Positions 47,028 to 55,641 of a DNA stretch of 64,000 nt are shown here, one piece after another. A program made the position numbers and the translations under genes. Below the pieces are notes generated by a model, which saw only the letters and a list, made by a program, of their open reading frames with translations, was not told where the DNA came from and did not search any database. Position 1 is the first letter of the stretch, and the number at the start of each line of letters is the position of its first letter. The stretch is taken from the IMG/VR virus record IMGVR_UViG_3300027844_001828, positions 124,001-188,000 of that record; one strand, 5' to 3'.

Positions 47028-49082
47028 ATGAAGCACTTCATTTTTTTGAGAAACAGTCTTGTACAATTCCCGGCCCAAGCCAAGGATGACCAAGCGTCAA
47101 GAAATATCGTCGGAACGATTTGTTCCAATTTGCTTTATTATGGGTATATATTCTCAACAGAAGCCTTGCGTGAATTCAACAAGTTAAGCGATGAAAACGT
47201 CATTGCGTGGTGGGAGACCGTCGAGCCTGCATTTAAGGAAATCACTGGTGAGTCCAAGAATATGGGTGATCATGTTGTCTATAAGAACTTTCCAAAGGAA
47301 GTACTTGATAAGTCATTGGCCGAGTATTGGATTTGCCAAATCTTTATGTACCTTGGCGTTCCAAATGAATTTTTCACGACCGAAGAGGTCGAAAGAGACC
47401 AGATGTTTGAAAGTATTTCTCTTAAGACACTTCAAGTCGCAAGAGCAAATAAGGAGCAGGACATCTGTCATGAGCTTTGTTTGACTCCGGCCAGATGGAC
47501 TGATGAGCAATCAATGTTTGTTGAACATCTTATTATCAATGAGAAGTGCTATTTTAATTTGTCAAAAATCCCCTTCAAGGAAAACATGATCCAAGTCGCA
47601 GTCTTGGCCATGAATAATGGTTTGGCGGCGAGTGTCAATTCAGCCACGGATGTGTTGCGCCTTGCAATTGGATTGTCCGATGGTGACATAACCATGCGAA
47701 CCAACACGCCATTTAGAAACTTTACGCGGAAGGAAAGACGTTTCTTGCTCACCTTGATTGAAAATCAGAATGATTGTGAGGAAGACATCGCTATGGACAA
47801 GAATCGTTGGAAGAAGCTTTTAAACAGATTGCATCCAGGCGATTATAAGAATGCTTTCCCGAATGTGGTGAAGGCAAATAACAACTTGTACAACAACAAC
47901 GTTGTCAGCTTCAATTCAAAGCTTGAGAAATATCTTGAGACTGAAGACGCATACGCTCTCGTTCTTCTTAAGAGCAGACCCGGTGTCTTTGCAAGAAGAT
48001 TGTCTCACGCTATTTCAATATTTGGAAGCGCGGCCATCGACGCTTTCGCAGAAATTTGTCCAAAGCTCACGGTTATTAAACTCCTTAAGGTGAAGAAGTT
48101 CTTTTCAACCTTGAAGGAAAGAAATCATCTTGTTTATCCGCCGAAGAGTAATTGGGCCAAGTTGCAGATCGTTGAAAACTCAAAGGCGATACGTCACAAT
48201 CCACAGGTCATAACTCTTATTGGGAAGATCGACGATGCTCTTAATGAGAAGATGAGTGGAATTTCTGTCAATCTTGATTCCAGAACGAGTCTCGTTAAAA
48301 TCCAGGGCAACGACTCTGAATTAACGAACTATGGTCGTGGAACCGTGTTCCCGATTCCAGAGAATATTAATTTCATCAGAAGCGCAAGCTATTGGGAATT
48401 ACCTGACACTTTTAACAATTGGTACGACAATGGTTGGAACTTCTTTAACAAGGATTGGAAGGAAAAGGGCGCGTGTTGCTGGGCGAATATGACTTTCGCC
48501 AGAAAGGGATGCGCATTCTCTGGCGATCCAACCAACTCAAAGACTGCTGACGGAAAGGCGTGTCAAATGATCGACTTGTACATTGACAAGTTGTTAGCTT
48601 TTGGAGTACGTTATGCTGTTTGGAATGTCTTGTGCTATTCTCATAAGAAGTTCAGCGAGGCCACTGAGGTCTTTGGTGCGCTTCAATGGGGTGAGGCTCC
48701 GCAAAAGGGTAAGCTCTTCGAGCCAAGCCGTTGCCAACTCTCATTTCCAATTACTGGTGAATGCTATACCAAGTATATCGCATACATTGACTTGGAGAAG
48801 CGTGAACTTGTCTACATGGACGCTAACTTCAAGGCTGACGTTTCTTCCGCAAAGGAAAATGGTCGTATGCTTTCAGAAGTAATGCCAGCCTACATTGAAT
48901 ACTTGAATTCGTTGCCGAGCGTGTTCGATCTCTTCTCACATGCGAAGCAGGACGTGAATGGGACCGCTGTAGCCTATGACGATAGCAATATCGATATCAA
49001 GGGCACAAGTGCCTATGTATTCAATCCGACAAATGAGAACAACTCGTTCGAGCAGCTTGAAGTCGCCAAATTTTTATCTTAA
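47028..49082 (+). CDS. large hypothetical protein with C-terminal TerD-like region
   Basis: RPGVFARRL, GRGT.FP, FSGD.T, MIDL.IDKL, VRYAVWNV..YS..KF features of Ter-associated stress proteins. Confidence 0.6.
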   Translation: MKHFIFLRNSLVQFPAQAKDDQASRNIVGTICSNLLYYGYIFSTEALREFNKLSDENVIAWWETVEPAFKEITGESKNMGDHVVYKNFPKEVLDKSLAEYWICQIFMYLGVPNEFFTTEEVERDQMFESISLKTLQVARANKEQDICHELCLTPARWTDEQSMFVEHLIINEKCYFNLSKIPFKENMIQVAVLAMNNGLAASVNSATDVLRLAIGLSDGDITMRTNTPFRNFTRKERRFLLTLIENQNDCEEDIAMDKNRWKKLLNRLHPGDYKNAFPNVVKANNNLYNNNVVSFNSKLEKYLETEDAYALVLLKSRPGVFARRLSHAISIFGSAAIDAFAEICPKLTVIKLLKVKKFFSTLKERNHLVYPPKSNWAKLQIVENSKAIRHNPQVITLIGKIDDALNEKMSGISVNLDSRTSLVKIQGNDSELTNYGRGTVFPIPENINFIRSASYWELPDTFNNWYDNGWNFFNKDWKEKGACCWANMTFARKGCAFSGDPTNSKTADGKACQMIDLYIDKLLAFGVRYAVWNVLCYSHKKFSEATEVFGALQWGEAPQKGKLFEPSRCQLSFPITGECYTKYIAYIDLEKRELVYMDANFKADVSSAKENGRMLSEVMPAYIEYLNSLPSVFDLFSHAKQDVNGTAVAYDDSNIDIKGTSAYVFNPTNENNSFEQLEVAKFLS

Positions 49083-49152
49083 TTGGTTATCTGATAACCA
49101 CTTGAAATTTTCTGAAACCATGTTATGATAATAAGGTAACAGGAGGATCAGG

Positions 49153-49494
49153 ATGGGTAAAGGTAAAAAAGAAATCAGGTGATTATTCCGGTCTTCGGTA
49201 TTTAAGCGTGACGACTATACATGTGTATGTTGCAAGGTCATTGGGGATGTAGACGCACATCATATTATAGATCGGAATCACTTTCCTGACGGCGGTTATG
49301 TCATAGACAACGGGATTACCCCATGTCCAGATTGTCACATCTTGGCAGAAGTTTATCACGATGGCGATGGCAGGGAGTATTCAGAAGGGAAGCACCCTCT
49401 CGACTTGTTAAAGGCAATAGGGTCTTCATTTATAGACAACCCACCGTGTTCATGTAACAACTGTGTTGTTTGTGATCACTTTATAAGAAAGTGA
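49153..49494 (+). pseudogene. HNH endonuclease gene with in-frame TGA at codon 10 (not in ORF track)
   Basis: AGGAGG RBS; MGKGKKEIR*LFRSSVFKRDDYTCVCC..DAHHII..NGITPCPDCH; TGA at 49180-49182. Confidence 0.7.
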
Positions 49495-49501
49495 GGCTTA
49501 C

Positions 49502-51475
49502 ATGAAAAAAATTAATCGTGACGAGTTGATCGGTAAGATTAAGGAAAGAGAGTCGAAGCTTGAAAACGCTTCGATTGAACTCAAAAAACATTTCGTTGGT
49601 CTTAATCCAACAATCGATGAAATAATCGATTCAATAAGAGTCTGGTACATTATGCCAGAAATTATCACACATCCGGTAATCGTAAATCTTTGGGGAATGA
49701 CTGGAGTTGGGAAAACCGATTTGATTCGTCGCCTTGTACAGCTTCTTGATCTTAGTGATCGTTTTCTTGAAATGCCAATGGACATTGAAGACACAAGTAA
49801 CTTCCACTGGCACAGTTCAATTCAAGGTGTTCTTGGATGTAGCAGTCTTGAGCCCGAAACTCCAGGCGTTGTTCTCTTTGACGAATTCCAACGTTATCGC
49901 ACCATTGACGAGCATGGCCATGAGCGTACCGATCTTAAGAGGTTTCAAGATATTTGGACCCTTCTTAGCGATGGAAAGTTTTCAAACTCCGGCAAGGGTA
50001 AGAATGAGATCCTTGAGATGTTAATGGACACTCTTTATTATGAAGAGAGAAGTGGAGACGACGACGCCGATGTAGAGCCCCCTATTGAACATGGTAATTT
50101 GACAACTAAGAGTAAGAACAAGAAAAATAAGGAAGTCAGCACTAAGAAGCGCTTTAGCTTCAGTTTCTATTCTGCCAAATCATTAAAGAAGACTCTCAGA
50201 ATCCCTGACACCATTGAAACCATAATGAAATGGACCGCCGAAACCAAAAAGAAGAAAATCATGGAGGCAATGGAAAGAGATGATATCCTTCATGGTGAAA
50301 GCTATTCCCAACTTTTGATTTTCATTTGTGGTAATCTTGATTCTGCATTCTGGATGGCCTCCCGCGCTGAAGATGCAGATACCGATGCAGATATCTTGCA
50401 CAAGCGAAGTCTTGATATTAACACAATAGATATCCGCACTTCATTGAAAACGAGATTCAGGTATGAACAGATTGCCCGACTTGGCAATACTCATATCATT
50501 TATCCGTGCTTGTCTTCAAAATCTTACCGGGAACTTATTTCTAGAAAGATCATAGACGCAACCAATAGTTTTAAGGCAAGCACCGACATTGACATCAAAG
50601 TTGATCGTTCGGTAAACAATGTGATATACAGAAATGGGGTGTTCCCCGCTCAAGGTGTAAGGCCAGTATTTAGTACGATCAACAGTTTGTTTACAACTTC
50701 AATGCCACCATTTATCATGGCGGCGCTCTTAGAAGACTGTAATCAAATTGACGTATCCTTCAAAGACAACAAAATGGTTTGTAAAATACGCGATCAAAAT
50801 CTCAGTAAGAAGGTGACCTGTAGTATTGACAATATTAAGGGCAAGACTTCTGAGGAACAAAAGCATCTCGTGGCGTTGCACGAAGCTTCACATGCTGTTG
50901 TTTATATGTTGAAGTTTGGCGTTGCGCCATGTCAGATTAAAAGTAATATATCAATGTTCTCTGGCGGCTTTGTAATGCCACACTCTATGTTAGAGTCAAA
51001 GAATATCTTGATAAGCTTGATTCAGGTTTATCTTGCTGGCCGTCTCGGTGAAATCGCATTTTTTGGTGACGGGATGACCTCGTCAGGGTGCGCTTCCGAT
51101 CTTATGGAAGCAACTAAGTTGGCCAGTAAAATGCTCCGTCGTTACGGCATGGGTGATAGCTTGTCAGTTGTTGTGACATCTAACTTTGAAGATGCCAGTC
51201 TTCTTAATCTTGATGTTGACGGAACAAACAAAGATATTGATTTGATACTTGACAATCGAGCCAAGGAAACGTCTATTATCATTAACGAAAATTTATCCTT
51301 CATTGGCGCAATCGCTGATGAATTGATGAGAAAGAATGGTGAGATGACAGATAAAGAGGTCGCTAAAATAGCCGAAGAGTTTTGTGAAAATAAAATTGAG
51401 TGTCTCCCAGCTGATCATAAAATCACTGAGAGTTATGTTGATAAGTATAATGAGAGGCGAACGGATGAAAATTAA
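49502..51475 (+). CDS. AAA+ ATPase fused to C-terminal M41 (FtsH-type) metallopeptidase; no TM segment
   Basis: Walker A GMTGVGKT, Walker B VLFDEFQ, ALHEASHA, LAGRLGE, SDLMEAT. Confidence 0.85.
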   Translation: MKKINRDELIGKIKERESKLENASIELKKHFVGLNPTIDEIIDSIRVWYIMPEIITHPVIVNLWGMTGVGKTDLIRRLVQLLDLSDRFLEMPMDIEDTSNFHWHSSIQGVLGCSSLEPETPGVVLFDEFQRYRTIDEHGHERTDLKRFQDIWTLLSDGKFSNSGKGKNEILEMLMDTLYYEERSGDDDADVEPPIEHGNLTTKSKNKKNKEVSTKKRFSFSFYSAKSLKKTLRIPDTIETIMKWTAETKKKKIMEAMERDDILHGESYSQLLIFICGNLDSAFWMASRAEDADTDADILHKRSLDINTIDIRTSLKTRFRYEQIARLGNTHIIYPCLSSKSYRELISRKIIDATNSFKASTDIDIKVDRSVNNVIYRNGVFPAQGVRPVFSTINSLFTTSMPPFIMAALLEDCNQIDVSFKDNKMVCKIRDQNLSKKVTCSIDNIKGKTSEEQKHLVALHEASHAVVYMLKFGVAPCQIKSNISMFSGGFVMPHSMLESKNILISLIQVYLAGRLGEIAFFGDGMTSSGCASDLMEATKLASKMLRRYGMGDSLSVVVTSNFEDASLLNLDVDGTNKDIDLILDNRAKETSIIINENLSFIGAIADELMRKNGEMTDKEVAKIAEEFCENKIECLPADHKITESYVDKYNERRTDEN

Positions 51476-51635
51476 AGAACTCCAAGAATTAGTCAATGGT
51501 AGATTCATTGACGCCTTTGGCAGAACACCACTTCGGCAGCGACAGGAAGATATTTTGGGCGAGGCGATTGAACTCAAAAACGCAACAGATATTACGAATC
51601 TCAGAGAAGAGACGGGGGATTTGCTTCAACAATGA
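51465..51635 (+). CDS. MazG-like helical fragment, apparently the frameshifted N-terminus of the NadD gene
   Basis: EDILGEAIEL...NLREETGDLL; continuation (AST)MMLCSESGWSVEEL lies in another frame. Confidence 0.55.
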   Translation: MKIKELQELVNGRFIDAFGRTPLRQRQEDILGEAIELKNATDITNLREETGDLLQQ

Positions 51636-52342
51636 TGTTGTGTAGTGAGTCTGGCTGGTCAGTAGAAGAGCTTGTGCAGTCAACTCTTAATAAGACAGAG
51701 AGAAGAAAGGAGCAATACCACACGTTGGGGAGAAAGACAAAGGTCGCTCTTCTTGGTGGGGCTTTTAATCCGCCTACGATTGGCCACTTAAGGCTTGCAC
51801 AGTTCATTCTCGATACAAGTAAGAACTTCGATGAGGTTTGGTTTGTACCGTGTTATCAGCACATGTATAACAAAGAACTCGTTACACCAGAGCATAGATT
51901 GGCTATGTGTAACTTGTTATGCGCTAACGATTGCAGAATAAAGACATTTGATTATGAGATCAAAAATCAATTACGTGGTGAGACTTACCATTTTGTAAAG
52001 AGATTGCTTGATGAAGACTTTGCAAAAGACCAATATGATTTTAGTATGATAATTGGGTTGGACAATGCTAACACATTTGATAAGTGGGTGAACTACGAAG
52101 ATCTTGAGAAGATGATGCGCTTTGTCGTGGTGTCTCGACAAGGGACCGAAAGAGATGAGTCTGTAGACTGGTACTTAAAGCCACCACACATTTATCTTTA
52201 CAGTGGTGGTGATGTCCCAGAGATATCTTCAACGGAAATCAGAAGGTGTATCGTCGAAGACGACACATCACAAGCCGCTTACGTTAAAGAGTTCATGGAT
52301 GATGGGGTATGGAAATACCTTTGTGATAACGAACTTTATTGA
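51632..52342 (+). CDS. nadD: nicotinate-nucleotide adenylyltransferase
   Basis: LLGGAFNPPTIGH, HRLAM, IIGLDNANTFDKW, EISSTEIR. Confidence 0.88.
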   Translation: MMLCSESGWSVEELVQSTLNKTERRKEQYHTLGRKTKVALLGGAFNPPTIGHLRLAQFILDTSKNFDEVWFVPCYQHMYNKELVTPEHRLAMCNLLCANDCRIKTFDYEIKNQLRGETYHFVKRLLDEDFAKDQYDFSMIIGLDNANTFDKWVNYEDLEKMMRFVVVSRQGTERDESVDWYLKPPHIYLYSGGDVPEISSTEIRRCIVEDDTSQAAYVKEFMDDGVWKYLCDNELY

Positions 52343-52354
52343 ATTAAGGCATAG

Positions 52355-52387
52355 AAAAGGGGCGGCAATTACTTGCCGCCCCTTTTT
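52355..52387. terminator. bidirectional intrinsic terminator between convergent genes
   Basis: AAAAGGGGCGGCAA-TTAC-TTGCCGCCCCTTTT perfect inverted repeat. Confidence 0.88.
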
Positions 52388-52406
52388 ATTTAAGCTTGTC
52401 TTAAGA

Positions 52407-52754
52407 TTAGCTTGAGCTTGAGCTTGAACTTGAAGCAATGCTCTCTGGCAATTCAACGTCCAGGTTGGTCTTAAGTCTGAAACGATAATCAATTTCGGCG
52501 ATCATCGAATCACTAATTGTTGAATACTGCCCATTGTCCATAATCCCTTCAAGGAAAAACTTAAGACTTTGGAATCCCGCATCGACAACAGCTGTGCCGC
52601 CAACGTCAAGGTATTCATATGATGTTTGCAATTTTCCAGCGGTCACGAGGGAAGTCAAAAAAGTCACAATTTCATCGACAGTTGGACTGCTGTTGAAACT
52701 ATTGTCATTGTCATGATCAGCCATCGCTGCTAATGTGTTGTATATTAGGCTCAT
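52407..52754 (-). CDS. stand-alone homolog of the C1A peptidase N-terminal domain with poly-Ser tail
   Basis: Collinear with aa 1-100 of 14723..15928 (T.A..AD, T.dEI, GK....YE.L.vGG). Confidence 0.7.
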   Translation of the reverse strand: MSLIYNTLAAMADHDNDNSFNSSPTVDEIVTFLTSLVTAGKLQTSYEYLDVGGTAVVDAGFQSLKFFLEGIMDNGQYSTISDSMIAEIDYRFRLKTNLDVELPESIASSSSSSSS

Positions 52755-52920
52755 TCTTTAGTCTCCTTTTTAAATTAAGGCTATATAACCGTCCAATGTA
52801 TGAAATCGGTCTTCATAAAATGAATATACTCGATCAAAGTGCCTGTACCCTTTAATTAGACAAGTTTTTTCATGGTATTATAAAGGTATTGTTAAAAAGA
52901 AATTAGAAATAAATTTTATT

Positions 52921-53439
52921 ATGGAAGAACCTGAAGTACAAACCAATAAAAAGAAGTATAAAATAGTCATCTGGATAATCACAACTGTGATGCTTCCAGT
53001 CATCGGCTATCTCGCTATATTCCTTATCCAATCAACCCTTCAATTGTCTAAAGATATGTCAGCTGTTCAAACAGAGATCACTACTCTGAAAGAAGATAGC
53101 GATTCAGACAAGGCTATGTGGGCGACACTGTCCGAGCATAGAAAGAGCCTCGCGGCCATGGAAACCAAATTGGCGGTGATGAAAAGTCTTACTAAGAACA
53201 TCGATTCAAACAGAAATATCAATGTCACCATTAGTGGATTGAAGGGAAATGATTTCACCGCTTTCCCATTAGTCACACCTGATAATGCATTAATGCCTTC
53301 ACCAGAAGCGCAAGGCCCAATAGGAGACGAGTTTCCAGAAGGGCTTATTGAAAAGCTTGAAGATTTTAATATGATTCAGCAAGAATCAGAAATTGACTTT
53401 AGGCAAAGAACTATGATGGAATACGAGCAGAAAAATTAG
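52921..53439 (+). CDS. single-TM coiled-coil protein
   Basis: TM aa ~15-38 followed by heptad-rich region. Confidence 0.7.
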   Translation: MEEPEVQTNKKKYKIVIWIITTVMLPVIGYLAIFLIQSTLQLSKDMSAVQTEITTLKEDSDSDKAMWATLSEHRKSLAAMETKLAVMKSLTKNIDSNRNINVTISGLKGNDFTAFPLVTPDNALMPSPEAQGPIGDEFPEGLIEKLEDFNMIQQESEIDFRQRTMMEYEQKN

Positions 53440-53805
53440 CTATTTCAGCATCTTATGGAATGTTTCGCCATAAGTTTTCTTTGCGTAGTCAAGATAAGGC
53501 GTGATTTCATTCACTCCAACCACTTTAAGGGGCCTTCTGAATTGTTTTATCTTTGATTGGCTCTTCTTATCAAGCTTGCCCTTAATCTCTATATACTCGC
53601 CGTCTATGATGAAATCAGGGTAGTATTTACGCTTCTTACCATAGTACTTATAAACAAAGCCACGATTATTGCGCTTTATGTCGGTCCCATGATCAAGATG
53701 ATATAAGAGAAAGGCCAATTCCCAGGAGCTATCACACCAGATACGTTTATAGTATCCGCAATGCCCCCAACTCCACTTCTTTTGTCTTTTCCTATCGAAC
53801 TTCAA
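53440..53805 (-). CDS. PD-(D/E)xK (TnsA-like) endonuclease
   Basis: SSWELAF, YYPDFII, IEIKG. Confidence 0.7.
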   Translation of the reverse strand: MKFDRKRQKKWSWGHCGYYKRIWCDSSWELAFLLYHLDHGTDIKRNNRGFVYKYYGKKRKYYPDFIIDGEYIEIKGKLDKKSQSKIKQFRRPLKVVGVNEITPYLDYAKKTYGETFHKMLK

Positions 53806-53809
53806 GGGA

Positions 53810-55471
53810 TTAACCGCTTGAACTGCTTGAGCAACTACTTGAACTGCTTGAGCAACTACTTGAACTTGAACTACTGTTACATGCCGCCGCAGTTATAGTA
53901 CAGCCACCACCATATCCATTATAGGCACCAGTGGCTGGAGAGGTTCCAGAATCGAACACGTAGCAACGTGGATTATCTCCTCCGTATGAGTTTTCATTAG
54001 CAAGAATCCATAATCCACCATCATAGTCACTGTAGAACAGTCTAAATAATTCATTGTTGTCTCTATGGGTATAAATCCAACGACTTCCACCTGTTACAAA
54101 TGACAACGTTGATGTTTGCCAGTATCCTTTACCACCAGTTGCACAGTAGATTCCAGAATATTCATCTGCGGTTCCAGTGACCTTATATGCTTGTTCGATA
54201 ATTGAATCGGCAGAACTCGAACTGCATGAGCAGCTTGAGCTACTTGACGGTGAAGGGTCAAGGGACATGCTACTACTACTACTGCTTAAGCTACTTGAGC
54301 TACTTGAGCTACCACATGCTGCTGTAATTAATGTGAGGTCATCATTTCCCCAAACTCCAATTGGAGGCGAGTCGGCACTAAAAGGGATCGATACGGCTTT
54401 GTTAAAACCATTATATGTACTTGGAGCAAGAACCCATCTTCCCACTTCTCTTTCTTCATAAAATAAGATCTTGGTGGCATCGGCGGCGTTTTCATAAACG
54501 AACTTGCTTCCGCCAGCAACAAATGCACCATCTAAGAAATAGGCGACATGATCAGGGCAGTAGACGCCATTGTATCCAGAGGTTTCAAATCCGGTTATCT
54601 TATATGATTGGGCTCCAAACGGATCGACGCTGGAACTACTTGAGCTACTAACCCAACTTGAACATGAGCTTGAACTACATGAGTTTGAACTTGATGAAAC
54701 CCAACTTGAACAAGATGAGCTTGAGGAACTTGAGGAAGATGATGAGCAACTACATGAGCAACTGCTTGATGAACTTGAGGATGAGCTACCACATGTTGCC
54801 GTTGCAATTACTGCGCTCCCGTCCCATGATCCAGTGGGTGGAGTCGTTCCATTGTCTTGTATTAAATCTATTTCGTTTTGGCCGTCATATAAATCTTCAT
54901 TTGCCAATATCCACCATCCACCAGCATAATTGTTGTAAAACAAGAACAAATCATTAGTTGGATCTTGATATCTCAATCTGCTTCCACCAGATACCCATGA
55001 ACCGTGATCATAATAACCAGAGTCAAAGGCGCAATAAACACCGTTCTGAGCTTGGGTTAAACCACCAACACTAAATGCTGATACAGCAAGATTGTCGAGG
55101 GAGCTTGAAGAGCTTGAGCAGCTACATGATGAGGAAGAACTTTGGGAAACTGAGGAACATGAGCTACTTGAGCTTGAACAATCGACATTTTGTGTTATGG
55201 TAAGACCACCGTCACCCCAGACACCGGGTGGCGGCACTAAGGCGGAATGCTTCAGATTAGTGTATTGATTGAAGCCGTTGTAACTTTGAGCTATGGTCCA
55301 TCTATTAATAGTACCGTAAATCTCATAAAAAATCTGCTTGGTGGCGTCATCTCTATTGTTATAGATTTGTCTTGTCCCACCGCCAACGAAGGCTCCGCTT
55401 TCATAGTACCCTAAAGAGTCTTCACAATAGACACCATCAAAACCAGTTGAATTGCTAATTCGTATAGCCAT
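53810..55471 (-). CDS. four-repeat extracellular/virion-like protein with Ser/Cys linkers
   Basis: Four ~95-aa units GxYC...GY....FV.GG.R..Y...LFY....G.W.LA...P..G.W...IT...C separated by S/C runs. Confidence 0.8.
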   Translation of the reverse strand: MAIRISNSTGFDGVYCEDSLGYYESGAFVGGGTRQIYNNRDDATKQIFYEIYGTINRWTIAQSYNGFNQYTNLKHSALVPPPGVWGDGGLTITQNVDCSSSSSSCSSVSQSSSSSCSCSSSSSSLDNLAVSAFSVGGLTQAQNGVYCAFDSGYYDHGSWVSGGSRLRYQDPTNDLFLFYNNYAGGWWILANEDLYDGQNEIDLIQDNGTTPPTGSWDGSAVIATATCGSSSSSSSSSCSCSCSSSSSSSSSSSCSSWVSSSSNSCSSSSCSSWVSSSSSSSVDPFGAQSYKITGFETSGYNGVYCPDHVAYFLDGAFVAGGSKFVYENAADATKILFYEEREVGRWVLAPSTYNGFNKAVSIPFSADSPPIGVWGNDDLTLITAACGSSSSSSSLSSSSSSMSLDPSPSSSSSCSCSSSSADSIIEQAYKVTGTADEYSGIYCATGGKGYWQTSTLSFVTGGSRWIYTHRDNNELFRLFYSDYDGGLWILANENSYGGDNPRCYVFDSGTSPATGAYNGYGGGCTITAAACNSSSSSSSCSSSSSSCSSSSSG

Positions 55472-55565
55472 GTAAAAAATTTCCTCCGCTTGGGCTCAAG
55501 CCATTCTAAAAAGTTATAGTGTCTTAGTATTTCGCTATATTTCTGCTTGTTCCCTTCCTGAGAGC

Positions 55566-55594
55566 TTGACAGACACCACAAGTGGTGCTATATT
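55566..55594 (+). promoter_or_regulatory. sigma70-like promoter (TTGACA-N17-TATATT) with palindromic spacer
   Basis: Spacer contains CACCAC-AA-GTGGTG. Confidence 0.6.
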
Positions 55595-55641
55595 CCTCTA
55601 ATTTGTAACAATATTACGACACGACCGCTTAAGGACATATT

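Noticed and set aside
49180-49182. Selenocysteine readthrough of the TGA in the HNH gene
   Set aside because: Position is in a basic N-terminal helix, not a Cys site; no SECIS-like hairpin evident just downstream
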